The position numbers and the translations under genes are program-made. From NCBI GenBank assembly GCA_965203485.1, contig OZ241892.1, positions 960,001-1,024,000 on the forward strand: DNA of 64,000 nt, read 5' to 3'. This stretch comes from Longimicrobiales bacterium. Its GTDB lineage: Bacteria; Gemmatimonadota; Gemmatimonadetes; Longimicrobiales; Gaopeijiaceae. The notes beneath the pieces were generated by a model. That model worked only from the letters and a program-made list of their open reading frames with translations. It did no database searches and was not told where the DNA came from. Every line of letters begins with the position of its first letter. The first letter of the stretch is position 1. Below, piece after piece: positions 53,234-63,248 of this stretch.

Positions 53234-54140
53234 GACGGGGGCCCCGCTGGCGAGAGCCCCGCATGGGCTCTTCTTCGCCGTTGCGACCTTGGTCGCGCCG
53301 GGCTTGGCCGCCGCGGTCCAGCAAGTCGGCCCCGCCAACGGCAGCCTCGTCGTCGCGGGCGGGGCGCTTCGCGATCCCGCCGTCTTCGCCCGCTTCGTCG
53401 AGCTCGCCGGCGGCCCGTCGGCGCCGATCGTGGTCATTCCGACGGCCGGCGGCGCCGCCGAGTACGACGAGTACTTCCGAGGCCGGCGCGCGTTCGAGGA
53501 AGCGGGCGCGCGGCACGTCGCCGTGCTCCACACGTACGACCCGGAGGTCGCCGACTCGGAGGCCTTCGTGGCTCCCTTGCGGGAGGCCCGGGGCGTGTGG
53601 TTCGCCGGAGGAAGGCAGTGGCGGCTGGCCGACGCCTACCTCGGCACCGAGACGCACGAAGCGCTCTGGGACGTGCTGGACCGGGGCGGCGTCGTCGGCG
53701 GCTCGTCGGCCGGGGCATCGATCCAGGGCTCGTACTTGGTGCGCGGCGACAGCCGCACCAACACGGTCATGATGGGCGACCACGAAGTCGGCCTGGGCTT
53801 CCTCAAGGACGTCGCGATCGACCAGCATCTCCTGCGCCGCAACCGCCACTTCGACCTGGTCGAGGTGATCCGGGCCAGGCCGGAACTGCTGGGCATCGGC
53901 CTGGACGAGAACACGGCCATCGTGGTGCAGGGCGACCGCTTCGAGGTCGTCGGCCAGAGCTACGCCGTCATCTACGACGCCCGGGCCACGCTGGACACCG
54001 GCGGCCTCTTCTACTTCCTGGCGCCCGGCGACCGCTACGACATGGCGGCCCGCGAGGCGTTCCGTCCCAGCCTGGACGAGGACCCGTTGGGCCGCGTCGT
54101 CCGCAAGCCTTGGCCGCCCGGCCCGCCCCTGGACCCGTGA
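53226..54140 (+). CDS. Cyanophycinase-like peptidase S51, with signal peptide
   Basis: LVVAGG, VVIPTA, WFAGGRQWRL, GGSSAGA (catalytic Ser), IDQHLLRRNR, GIGLDENTA. Confidence 0.9.
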   Translation: MRRTGAPLARAPHGLFFAVATLVAPGLAAAVQQVGPANGSLVVAGGALRDPAVFARFVELAGGPSAPIVVIPTAGGAAEYDEYFRGRRAFEEAGARHVAVLHTYDPEVADSEAFVAPLREARGVWFAGGRQWRLADAYLGTETHEALWDVLDRGGVVGGSSAGASIQGSYLVRGDSRTNTVMMGDHEVGLGFLKDVAIDQHLLRRNRHFDLVEVIRARPELLGIGLDENTAIVVQGDRFEVVGQSYAVIYDARATLDTGGLFYFLAPGDRYDMAAREAFRPSLDEDPLGRVVRKPWPPGPPLDP

Positions 54141-56098
54141 GCGGCGCTTCCCCGCCGGTCTCCGAGAGCCCGCCGCCGAACGCTTCCGGGATTCGAGTCG
54201 CGCTCCCCGACGGCCGCGATCTCCAACTGCCTCCGGGCGCCACCGCCGCCGACCTCGCCGCCCGCATCGGCCCCGGCCTTGCGCGCGCCGCTCTGGCCGC
54301 CGTCGTCGACGGCGAGACCGTCGATCTGTCCCGCCCCCTTCCGGACCGCGCCACGGTCCGCCTGCTCACGGACCGCGACCCCGAGGCGCTGCCCGTGCTT
54401 CGCCACTCCGCCGCCCACGTCCTCGCCACGGCCGTCCGCGAGGTCGTGCCCGGCGCCGGCATCGGCTTCGGCCCGGCGATCGACGACGGCTTCTACTACG
54501 ACTTCGACGTGCCCGAACCCTTCACCCCCGAGCAGGTCGAGGCCATCGAGCGGCGGATGGCCGGCGTGGCGCGCGCCGACCACCCCTTCGAACGCCGCGT
54601 CGTCTCCCGCGACGAAGCCCGCGACCTCTTCGCCGACGACCCCCTCAAGCTGGAGCGCCTCGAGGAGCTGGCCGACGACGAGACCATCACCGTGTACGAG
54701 AACGGCCCGTTCCTCGACCTTTGCCGCGGACCCCACGTCCCCAGCACGGGCCGCCTGAAGCACTACAAGCTTCTCGCGGCCGCCGGGGCCTACTGGCGCG
54801 GCGACGAGAACCGCCAGATGCTGCAGCGCATCTACGGCACGGCCTTCTTCCGCAAGTCCGACCTCGACGCCCACCTGCACCGCCTCGAAGAGGCCAAGAA
54901 GCGGGACCACCGCGTCCTCGGCAAGCAGCTCGACCTCTATTCCATCCAAGAAGAAGTCGGCTCCGGGCTCGTCCTCTGGCATCCGAACGGCGGGCGCGTC
55001 CGCCACGTGATCGAGGACTTCCTCAAGCGCACGCTCGTCGAGCACGGCTACGAGCTCGTCTTCACCCCGCACGTGGCCAGCGAGGAACTCTACCGCCTGT
55101 CGGGCCACCTCGACGTCTTCGCCGACGACATGTTCCCGCCCATGGCGGACGACGGCGACCGGTTCCGGCTCAAGCCGATGAACTGCCCGCACCACTTCAT
55201 GATCTACCGCTCGGCCACCCGTTCCTACCGCGACCTGCCGTTGCGCTACGCCGAGCTGGGCACTTGCTACCGCTACGAGCGCTCGGGCGCCCTGCACGGC
55301 ATGTTGCGCGTGCGCGCGTTCACGCAGGACGACGCCCACGTCTTCATCCGCGAGGACCAGATCGAAGAGGAGTACGGCCGCCTGCTCGACCTCGAGGACT
55401 ACCTGCTGGGCGTCTTCGGCTACGAGTACCGCACGGCCTTGTCCACGCGGCCCGAGAAGGCCATCGGCGACCCGGCCGTCTACGACGCGGCCTCCGAGCG
55501 ACTGGCCTCCGTCCTGCGCGACCGCGGCTTGGACTACGAGCTCGACGAGGGCGGCGGCGCCTTCTACGGCCCCAAGGTGGACGTCCTGGTCACCGACGCG
55601 CTGGGCCGGGAATGGCAGGGCGGCACGTTCCAGCTCGACTTCCTCATGCCGGAGCGCTTCGGCCTGGAGTACGTGGGCGCGGACAACCGGCCGCACAAGG
55701 CCGTGGTCGTCCACCGCACGCTCCTGGGGTCGATGGAGCGCTTCGTGGGCGGCCTCGTGGAGCACTACGCCGGCGCGTTTCCGCTGTGGCTGGCGCCCTG
55801 CCAAGTGCGGGTGCTCCCGGTGTCGGAGCCGTGGGCGGGCTCGGCGCGCGAACTGGCGGCGCGGCTGGCCGTGGAGGGCTTGCGGGCCGAGATGCACGAG
55901 CGCGAGACGCTGTCGTACCGCATTCGGGCGGCCGAAACGCAGAAGGTCCCCTACATGGCGATCGTGGGCGAGCGCGAAGCCGAGGCGGGCACGGTGGCCG
56001 TCCGCAAGCGGGGCGCCGGCCGCAAGCAGGAGACGATGACGAGGCAGGCCTTCGCGGAGCGGTTGCTGGAGGAAGTGGCTTCGCGGGCGCTGGGGTGA
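54137..56098 (+). CDS. thrS: Threonine--tRNA ligase
   Basis: TGS domain, [58 protein letters not shown], anticodon-binding domain. Confidence 0.97.
   Translation: MSGASPPVSESPPPNASGIRVALPDGRDLQLPPGATAADLAARIGPGLARAALAAVVDGETVDLSRPLPDRATVRLLTDRDPEALPVLRHSAAHVLATAVREVVPGAGIGFGPAIDDGFYYDFDVPEPFTPEQVEAIERRMAGVARADHPFERRVVSRDEARDLFADDPLKLERLEELADDETITVYENGPFLDLCRGPHVPSTGRLKHYKLLAAAGAYWRGDENRQMLQRIYGTAFFRKSDLDAHLHRLEEAKKRDHRVLGKQLDLYSIQEEVGSGLVLWHPNGGRVRHVIEDFLKRTLVEHGYELVFTPHVASEELYRLSGHLDVFADDMFPPMADDGDRFRLKPMNCPHHFMIYRSATRSYRDLPLRYAELGTCYRYERSGALHGMLRVRAFTQDDAHVFIREDQIEEEYGRLLDLEDYLLGVFGYEYRTALSTRPEKAIGDPAVYDAASERLASVLRDRGLDYELDEGGGAFYGPKVDVLVTDALGREWQGGTFQLDFLMPERFGLEYVGADNRPHKAVVVHRTLLGSMERFVGGLVEHYAGAFPLWLAPCQVRVLPVSEPWAGSARELAARLAVEGLRAEMHERETLSYRIRAAETQKVPYMAIVGEREAEAGTVAVRKRGAGRKQETMTRQAFAERLLEEVASRALG
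55657..56096 (+). repeat. Left copy of ~440-bp direct repeat (3' end of intact thrS)
   Basis: Aligns to 62782-63222 with ~23 substitutions and one indel by manual count. Confidence 0.95.
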
Positions 56099-56388
56099 GG
56101 GGAGGGTGTCGGCGTGGGATGGGGGGCATTCGGCTCTCCTGGCGTTTCCGTGCGCCGGGCGGGCTCTGTCGTGCCAGTCGGCACCGGTTCCCGCGACGAC
56201 GCCATGTCCGCAGACGCCTTGTCTCGCAACGCGACTTGACGGTTGGCGGCTCTCCTTGGAGCCCCCGGCCCTCGGATCCACCGTTGCCATTCCTGGCGAA
56301 CTTGCTTAACTTGAGTGTGCGAGTCGTCCGCGTCTCGGCGAACGCAGAGGCACGAACATTGACCTTTCGCCAACTGGAGGGTTCCCGC

Positions 56389-56889
56389 ATGAAGGACGGA
56401 TGCCGAATTCCCCACTTCCTCGTCGCCGGACTGCTTTCGGCGGCCTTCCACATTGGCGTTGCCCCGGTGGCGGCTGGGGTCATCCAATCCCCCCCCCCCC
56501 CCCCCTTCGCTCTTCGTAGGCGCGGCGGCGGCGGACGGTGACGTAGAGTTGGCCGTCCGTCAGCGGCTTTCCGGCCACATGACGGCTGATGATCAACCGG
56601 GCACGACTTCGGTCCAACTCTTGGTGCCCGTCGGTCCCCTAGTCTCGCAGGTGCGCTCAACGGCAAGTTGTAGCTATTACGGGATGGTACGTGAGGCCGT
56701 GTTGTGCGTAATCGGGTGGGGTATACCGGCACTGAAGGATGGAGAATGGGACGAAAGACCTTGAGGGCGATCAGGGATGGCGTGAACGTTCTCGATGCGG
56801 TGTCGATGGTTCTTGGGAGCTTCTTTTGTATGGAGATATACGAGTCCTACGAGGCTTGGGAGCAATGCCGCCGAGGCGGCGAGTGCTAG
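56389..56889 (+). pseudogene. Secreted Cys-rich peptide precursor, frameshifted at a C17 tract and apparently again near 56738
   Basis: RBS GGAGG, ATG 56389, signal-like MKDGCRIPHFLVAGLLSAAFHIGVAPVAAG; as assembled stops at 56541; +1 frame continues SLFVGAAAADGDVELA...; Cys-rich tail in 56704-56889. Confidence 0.6.
56489..56505 (+). repeat. Poly-C homopolymer (17 C)
   Basis: Directly visible; longest homopolymer noticed in the window. Confidence 0.95.
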
Positions 56890-56903
56890 CCGGAGGGCGA
56901 CGA

Positions 56904-58604
56904 TTGAAGCTCCGAGAGAATGAAACGTGGGTGCGAGAGTATTTGCGATTCCCTTTTCGACGCGGTGTTCCAGTGCTTGGAAAAGCGGAAGAAATGCTCA
57001 TGGTCGCCCTTGGCCGATGGCCGATCCGCACGTCAATCACATCCCTAGCTGTCATTTGTGGACCCATACTCCTAGTCGACTATAGCACCAGCGACGCCGT
57101 CTGGTTCCTCATGAAGCCCGTTATCCAGGCCACGGTGTTGTTCCTAACGTACCTCGGCGTCAAAAACCTTGTTTGTTTAGTAGCGCGGTTGGGGTACGCC
57201 GTAGCCCGCAGGGATATGGGGGAGGACAAGTTGGAGCAGGAAGGCGATGGCCGGTCGACGCCAGCCGGTCGAGGGGGAGATTGCCCGACGGTGGTGCTCG
57301 TGCTCGCTCTCTTGCCGTTGCCCGTGTTCGGTCAGCAGGTCGTGGAGTTGCCGGTGGCCGAGCGGTTGCTCCGAGGCGAATTCGAGGAAGTCTTGCGGAT
57401 CGGAGGTCGCGAAGCGGACGACTGGCGTTCCCTTGTTGACGTGACCAGCGTCGGCTTCGACGAGGACGGGAAGTTGTTCATCGGCGATTTCTCGTCGGCT
57501 GGACTTCGGATCGTCGTCCTGGATGCGGATGGGGATCTCGTGGCGGAATTCGGCCGAAGAGGAGACGGTCCGAGCGAGTTTCGCGGTGCGGCGATGCGTT
57601 TGATCGCACTCGGCGACGGACGCGTTGCGGTGCCCGACAACGGGCATGGCGGATACCATGTCTTCGACGCCGGCGGCGAGTGGAAAGAGATGGTCCGGTT
57701 TTCGTCCGACGCGGCCGGGGACGTCTCCATGCGAATGCCGGAAGTCGTCCGGAACAGGAACTGGGCGCCGGATCGCACGGGTGGCCTGCTGTCGCGTGTC
57801 GCGCATGTGGCTGGCATGACGATGGATTCCGTCGAGCTGTCCATGTTCATGTCCGAAACGGAGGGTCCGCGACAGGTCGAGCGCGTCCTTCTCGAAGGCG
57901 ACGAGGCGCGCCATGAAGTCGTCGTTTCCGGCTGGACGCCGCCGGGGGCGGAGCGCGCTCGGTTGATCGGCATGGGGGACCTCATGGAAGATGCCATCGA
58001 GCTCGGCGACCCCGGCGCGCCGGCGCTCCTGCCCAAGTTTCTGTTCGCGGCGTTGCCGAACGGCGGGATCGCGTACTCGGATTCCTCGGCCTACGCGATA
58101 CATGTCGCGAGCGCCGGCGGCGAGGTCGAGCGGACATTGCGTCGCGCCGTGATGCCTCGCCGGGTCACGGGCGAAGTGCGCGACGCATACCGGCAATGGC
58201 GGTTGCGACGCGTGGAGCAGGAGGAGGACGAAGAGCTTGCGGCTCTCCAGCGCGAACTCGTCAAGCAGGTGGACTTCTACGACGAAGTTCCGGTGCTTGA
58301 CGGCCTGCGGGCCACTTGGGCCGGCACGTTGTGGGTCTTGCGCACTCCGGAGAGCGGCTTTCCGTGGGAAGTGGACGAAGCAGTGGACGTGCTCCCGCTG
58401 GGACGGGACCTCCTCGAGCTTGGCCGCGAGCCCGCGGCCATCGACGTCGTCGCGCTGGACGGACGCTACGTCGGCACGTTCCCGGCTGGGGCGACGCCGA
58501 TGCCGGTTGCGTTCGGCCCCGGCGGACTGGCGGCGTTCGTGGAGCTCGACGAGCTGGACGTGCCGACCGTGGTCGTGCGCAGGTTGCCGACGGAAGTGCG
58601 GTAG
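56904..58604 (+). CDS. 6-bladed beta-propeller (NHL/TolB-like) secreted protein, preceded in frame by a small 2-TM domain
   Basis: Signal-like [16 protein letters not shown] at ~57290; [16 protein letters not shown] propeller motif; C-terminal [13 protein letters not shown]; true start uncertain. Confidence 0.7.
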   Translation: MKLRENETWVREYLRFPFRRGVPVLGKAEEMLMVALGRWPIRTSITSLAVICGPILLVDYSTSDAVWFLMKPVIQATVLFLTYLGVKNLVCLVARLGYAVARRDMGEDKLEQEGDGRSTPAGRGGDCPTVVLVLALLPLPVFGQQVVELPVAERLLRGEFEEVLRIGGREADDWRSLVDVTSVGFDEDGKLFIGDFSSAGLRIVVLDADGDLVAEFGRRGDGPSEFRGAAMRLIALGDGRVAVPDNGHGGYHVFDAGGEWKEMVRFSSDAAGDVSMRMPEVVRNRNWAPDRTGGLLSRVAHVAGMTMDSVELSMFMSETEGPRQVERVLLEGDEARHEVVVSGWTPPGAERARLIGMGDLMEDAIELGDPGAPALLPKFLFAALPNGGIAYSDSSAYAIHVASAGGEVERTLRRAVMPRRVTGEVRDAYRQWRLRRVEQEEDEELAALQRELVKQVDFYDEVPVLDGLRATWAGTLWVLRTPESGFPWEVDEAVDVLPLGRDLLELGREPAAIDVVALDGRYVGTFPAGATPMPVAFGPGGLAAFVELDELDVPTVVVRRLPTEVR

Positions 58605-58615
58605 CGAGCGTGTCG

Positions 58616-58745
58616 ATGGACAGTCCCTTTGCGTGGGCTCGCCAGTCCGTGGACGCCGTGCGGCTCAGGGCTCCGGCTTTGTGGGCGGTTGGCGTTGCGA
58701 TCGTCTTGGGCGGCCTCGTTCGCGTTGCGCGTCTTGGTGCGCCGC
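58616..58745 (+). pseudogene. Possible truncated membrane-protein gene interrupted by the IS remnant
   Basis: ATG 11 nt after propeller stop; MDSPF...ALWAVGVAIVLGGLV hydrophobic start runs into IS sequence. Confidence 0.3.
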
Positions 58746-59576
58746 AGCTGGGAAGCGAGCCGGCGGACGCACGGGCGGCCGCGCATCCACGCCGGTCTCG
58801 CGGCCTGGGGCGAGCGCGTCGGTCCGAAGCGCGTCGCCCGCCTCATGCGCGAGGAGGGCATCGAGGGCGCGAGCCGCAGGCGCCGCAAGGCGGCGCTGAC
58901 GGTGCGCGACGCCGACGCGCGCCTGGCTCCGGACTTGGTCGAGCGCGACTTCAGCGCCGAAGGCCCCGACCAGCTCTGGGTCGCCGACATCACGCACGTG
59001 CCGGCCGGGCCGGATGGCTCTACCTGGCCGTCGTCGTCGACGCCTGGAGCCGCCGCGTCGTCGGCTGGGCCATGGAGACGCACCTGCGCGGCGAACTCGT
59101 CGAGCGCGCGCTCGCCATGGCCGTCGAGAACCGCTGTCCAGAGACCGTGATCCATCATTCGGACCAGGGGTCGCAGTACACGTCCTCGGCGTTCGGCGAG
59201 CGGTGCAGGAAGGCCGGCGTGCGTCGCTCGACGGGCTCGGTGGGCGACGCCTACGACAACGCGATGTGCGAGAGCTTCTTCGCCACGTTGGAATGCGAGT
59301 TGCTCGACCGTTGCCAGTTCAACAAGTCCGGCCGAAGCCCGGCGCGCCGTCTTCGCCTTCATCGAAGGCTTCTACAACTCGCGGCGCCGACTCTCGGCGC
59401 TCGACTGCGAATCCCCGCCGGCTTCGAGCGCAAGCGTGCGGTCGCGTAGGTGCACCGACCCCCTCGACACGAGGCCGTTCGGCGCCCTTGCGCCTCCGTC
59501 CTTCCCAAAGTCATGTTTCACATCGCACTACCTGAACCCAAGATCCTTGCCCGTCCACCATACCGGGTCAACTCCA
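58745..59576 (+). mobile_element. IS3-family insertion sequence remnant (degenerate OrfB plus right IR; OrfA and left end missing)
   Basis: HGRPRIH..L, KRVARLMR, DLVERDF..P.QLWVADIT, YLAVVVDAWSRRVVGW, HHSDQGSQYTS, DNAMCESFF.TL, IEGFYN across at least 2 frameshifts; IR-like end GTCCACCATACCGGGTCAACTCCA at 59553-59576. Confidence 0.9.
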
Positions 59577-59868
59577 GTGCAACTTTTTGTCCCACGGACC
59601 CAAGTAGCTACTGTTCGTTTGTTGGCCACGAAGCCTCCGGAACTTGCAGTCGCGAGGCCTGCTCAATGGCGCATTTATCTTCCCAACAACCATTACATGC
59701 GATCCAGCCTTGCGATAGAGCGGCGGGCTGGCGGCTCCCTTCTTGAGCCCGGCCGTCGGATCCGAATTTGTCATTTCGCGACGACTTGCTTAAATTGCTT
59801 GGCGAGTCGCGTCTTGGCGAGCGCGGAGGGCTCCCAACATCAATTCCTTGCCAACAGGAGATTCTCGC

Positions 59869-60123
59869 ATGAACGGCAAGAGAAGGAAAGCACGGCGTTG
59901 GAAGAGCATCTCATTCGTTCTGCCCATCGTTGGCATCGTGCTGGCGACGGGGACCTTCACGACTCCGAAGACGCTGGTCGGCCAGATTGACAACGAATGC
60001 GCCGCCGACGCGATCGCGCGGCACGCCGAGTGCATCGAGAAACGTAGGACGTGGTTGGGCGAGAGGATTTGCGACGCCACGCTGGCCGCGAGGTTGTTGC
60101 TTTGCTTGGTCGACACGCTCTAG
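59869..60123 (+). CDS. Small secreted peptide (84 aa) with twin CX10C motif
   Basis: RBS AGGAG; basic N-terminus plus hydrophobic helix; mature part C-X10-C-X12-C-X10-C. Confidence 0.75.
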   Translation: MNGKRRKARRWKSISFVLPIVGIVLATGTFTTPKTLVGQIDNECAADAIARHAECIEKRRTWLGERICDATLAARLLLCLVDTL

Positions 60124-60138
60124 TCGAGACTTAGAGTC

Positions 60139-61260
60139 TTGCAGCGGCGTCGCGACTGCAGGGACGACGCCCCCCGCACAGCACTTAGCACGGTAGCGGT
60201 GGCGGTCGCAACAACCGTCATGGCGACGAGCCTCGTGTGGGGCGTGCTGGCTACCCGCTCGTTCCAAGGCGTCTCGGATTCTCGCGGTTCAGACGACACC
60301 GTAGGCTTTGGCGATGCCGGGGCGACGGTATCGCCTCCGCCCGGTGCGACGGCCTTCTCCGAAGTGTTGTCGGCAACCGACGCCGACCTTCGGGATTCTG
60401 TTTGGTTCGTCCTCGACAGGAGAGGACGCCGCGTGCACCGGTTCGGGGAGTCGGGTGCGCTTCTCGGGACTTTCGCGCGGGAGGGAAGGGGTCCGGGCGA
60501 GCTGTCGTTTCCCTCCGCGGTGGCTGTTCATCGCGACACGGTGGTGGTGGCCGACGGGCTCGCCATTCTGCTGTACGCGCCTAGCGGCGAGCACATCGAG
60601 GACCGCAGGTTCTCCTTCGACGGTTGCTGGGCGCCTCGCATCACGGACGTCAACTCGGGCCCGCTCGGTCTTCTCTTCCTAGTTCGTTGTACGAGCCGGG
60701 CGCGGGAAAGCGCGGTGTTTCTCGCGGCCGCGGACGGGCGTGCCCGGCGACTCGCCGTCCTTTCTGCGAAGGGGCGCGGAAACGTGTTGAGCTTCGCGTC
60801 CACACCCGTCGTCAGCGCCCATGGTGGCGGCTTCGTGTTTGGCGATGCGCGGTCGGACTGCTTGGACTTGTTCGACGGCGGCGGCGCGCCCAAGCGGCGC
60901 TTCTGCCACGACTGGATGCCGCGCCTGCCCTTGTCCAGGCAGGAAAGGGACGACGTGGAGGAGGAGCTTCGAGGCCTCGCGGGCGCGGCGGGACTTCGCT
61001 GGGACGTTCCGGCGAGCCTCCCTCCGTTCGACCGGGTGTTCGCGCTGGAAGGCGGAAGACTGGCCTACCGCGCCCTGGCCCGGGACTCGAGCGGAGAGGC
61101 GACGATGTTTCGATTGGTCGTCCAAGGCGAGACGGGCGACGCGCTGGCGCTTCCGGTGCCTCTCGCCTCGGCCGTGTTCGCTTCGGGCGAGTCCGCGCTG
61201 GCCGCGTGGGAGGCCGTGGACGCCATGCACGTCGCCGTGTATTCCTTGCGGGACTTCTGA
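60139..61260 (+). CDS. 6-bladed beta-propeller (NHL-like) exported protein
   Basis: N-terminal hydrophobic segment; WFVLDRRGRRVHRF..G.LLGTFAREGRGPGELSFPSAV. Confidence 0.75.
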   Translation: MQRRRDCRDDAPRTALSTVAVAVATTVMATSLVWGVLATRSFQGVSDSRGSDDTVGFGDAGATVSPPPGATAFSEVLSATDADLRDSVWFVLDRRGRRVHRFGESGALLGTFAREGRGPGELSFPSAVAVHRDTVVVADGLAILLYAPSGEHIEDRRFSFDGCWAPRITDVNSGPLGLLFLVRCTSRARESAVFLAAADGRARRLAVLSAKGRGNVLSFASTPVVSAHGGGFVFGDARSDCLDLFDGGGAPKRRFCHDWMPRLPLSRQERDDVEEELRGLAGAAGLRWDVPASLPPFDRVFALEGGRLAYRALARDSSGEATMFRLVVQGETGDALALPVPLASAVFASGESALAAWEAVDAMHVAVYSLRDF

Positions 61261-61264
61261 CTCT

Positions 61265-62005
61265 GTGAACACTGCGCTCGAGCCGGCTCCGGTCCGAGTC
61301 GAGGCGTTGGCGGCGTCGTACCGGAGAGTTCTGCGCCGCCAAGCGGTGCTTCACGACGTGGAGATGGCGGTGGAGCCGGGCGAAGTTGCGGCGCTGGTGG
61401 GGCCGAACGGGGCGGGGAAGACGACGCTTTTGAGGATCCTGCTGGGCTTCAAGCAGCCCGACCGCGGGCAGTGCGCCGTCGCCGGCCTGTCCCCGAAGGA
61501 GTATCGGCGCCGCCGGGGCGTGGGATACCTCCCGGAGTCGCTGGTCTTTCCGCGTGTGTGGACATGCCGCGACTTTCTAGGGCGAAGCGCGGACCTGTCC
61601 GCCGAGCCGTCGCAGCGGCGGGCGGTCTTCGCGCGCTCGGTGGCGAGGAGCGGTCTCGACGCCGCGGCGCTCGGCAAGCCCGCCCGGCTGTGCTCGAAGG
61701 GCATGCGCAGGCGGCTCGGGCTCGCGCACGCTCTTGCCGCCGAACCGGCGCTCGTCGTGCTCGACGAGCCGTTCTCGGGGCTGGACCCGCGGGCGCGCGC
61801 GGCGTTGCGAGAGGAAGTGCAGGCGGCCCGGGAGCGCGGCGCCGCCGTGCTGTTCGCGAGTCACGAGACGGCCGAAGTGCAACGGCTGGCCGACCGCGTC
61901 TTCATTCTGGCGGATGGACGGACGCGGCCCGGACCCGCGCGTTCCGGCGACCCCGCGGCCGACTTGGCCGCCCTGGAGGCCGAACTTCTGCGCGGCGACC
62001 GGTGA
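61265..62005 (+). CDS. ABC transporter ATP-binding protein (exporter type)
   Basis: Walker A GPNGAGKTT, signature CSKGMRRR, Walker B VVLDEPFSGLDP, FASH. Confidence 0.93.
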   Translation: MNTALEPAPVRVEALAASYRRVLRRQAVLHDVEMAVEPGEVAALVGPNGAGKTTLLRILLGFKQPDRGQCAVAGLSPKEYRRRRGVGYLPESLVFPRVWTCRDFLGRSADLSAEPSQRRAVFARSVARSGLDAAALGKPARLCSKGMRRRLGLAHALAAEPALVVLDEPFSGLDPRARAALREEVQAARERGAAVLFASHETAEVQRLADRVFILADGRTRPGPARSGDPAADLAALEAELLRGDR

Positions 62006-62733
62006 CCGACCGGCTCTTGCCGGCGCCGAAGCGACTCGCGTTGGTTGCTCGCGAGAACGCCCGTGGCTTCGCAGCGCTCGTCGCGTTCGCCGGAGCCTTG
62101 TACGGGTTGTATGCGATGATCGAAGACGCGACGGAGTCGTGGATGGACGTTGCGCCCCGCCTGCTGGCCGTCCTTGCGCCCTTGGTGGTCGTGGGCAGCT
62201 TCCGCCAGAGGATGGCCGGCGCATCCGCTCTCTGGCTCCAGAGGCCGGTGGACCCGTTGCGCTTCCACTTCGCCCGCTTCCTCGAGGTCGCGTCGGTCGC
62301 GGTGGTCTCCGCGGCGCTGTTTCGCTGCACGGCCGTGGCCATCGGTCTGGCGGGCGGCTGGGAGCCCGAAGCGCATCCGTTGCAGCCTCTGCCGACGGAC
62401 GTCTTGAGAGCGGTTGCGATCGCCGCCGTCGGCTTCGGCCTGTCCTGTTGGTGGGGCGAGCGCGGCAGGCTGGCCGCCTGCGCCTACTTTGCGCTTTCCA
62501 TGGCCGCGGCCGTGCAGATGCTCTTGGCCGGCGCGGGTGAAGAGCCATGGACCCAGGTCGTTCGCGCGGTGTCCTTGCCCTCTACGGCGAGCCTTGAAGA
62601 GGCGCTTTGGTTCCTCGTCGGCAGCCCCGGCGGCGACGGGCGCGCCGCGGCGTGGTTCCTCGCCTACGTGGCGGCATGGCTGGGCGTGGGTGCGGTCGGC
62701 ATCCGCGCCCTCGCCGAGCAACGGGCCAAGTAG
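62002..62733 (+). CDS. ABC-2-type permease-like membrane protein
   Basis: About six hydrophobic helices; GTGA-coupled to the ATPase. Confidence 0.7.
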   Translation: MTDRLLPAPKRLALVARENARGFAALVAFAGALYGLYAMIEDATESWMDVAPRLLAVLAPLVVVGSFRQRMAGASALWLQRPVDPLRFHFARFLEVASVAVVSAALFRCTAVAIGLAGGWEPEAHPLQPLPTDVLRAVAIAAVGFGLSCWWGERGRLAACAYFALSMAAAVQMLLAGAGEEPWTQVVRAVSLPSTASLEEALWFLVGSPGGDGRAAAWFLAYVAAWLGVGAVGIRALAEQRAK

Positions 62734-62781
62734 GCCACCGAGCCGTCGGTCTCGTATCAGGTCCCGCCATTTCCGCGCGGC

Positions 62782-63248
62782 CTTCGGCCTGGAGTACGTG
62801 GGCGCGGACAACCGCCCGCACAAGGCCGTGGTCGTCCACCGCACGCTCCTGGGGTCGATGGAGCGCTTCGTGGGCGGGCCTGGTGGAGCACTACGCCGGC
62901 GCGTTTCCGCTGTGGCTGGCGCCCTGTCAGGCGCGGGTGCTCCCGGTGTCGGAGCCGTGGGCGGGCTCGGCGCGCGAACTGGCGGCGCAGCTGGCCGCGG
63001 ACGGCCTGCGGACCGAGGTGCATGAACGCGAGACGCTGTCGTACCGCATCCGGGCCGCCGAGACGCAGAAGGTCCCCTACATGGCGATCGTGGGCGAGCG
63101 CGAAGCGGGGGCGGGCACGGTGGCCGTCCGCAAGCGGGGCGCCGGGCGCAAGCAGGAAACGATGACGAGGCGGGCCTTCGCGGAGCGGTTGCTGGAGGAA
63201 GCGGCTTCGGGGGCGCTGGGGTCGCGCAAGCCGAGCGGCATGCCATGA
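62782..63248 (+). pseudogene. thrS: Duplicated 3' fragment of thrS (motif 3 plus anticodon-binding domain); right copy of direct repeat 62782-63222
   Basis: [29 protein letters not shown]... without a start; 1-nt insertion at ~62877; alternative C-terminus ALGSRKPSGMP*. Confidence 0.92.

Noticed and set aside
59514..59529. TGTTTCAC as a parS site
   Set aside because: Only one half-site matches, it is not palindromic, and it lies inside the IS remnant.
56389..62733. Canonical RiPP cluster (lanthipeptide, ranthipeptide, proteusin)
   Set aside because: No modifying enzyme, peptidase-containing transporter or double-glycine leader; the precursors have Sec-type signal peptides.
56099..62781. Prophage or ICE integrated in thrS
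   Set aside because: No integrase, phage structural or conjugation genes are visible between the repeats.
55657..63222. thrS duplicate as a DGR template/variable repeat pair
   Set aside because: Differences are not adenine-specific, many are synonymous, and there is no reverse transcriptase in the window.
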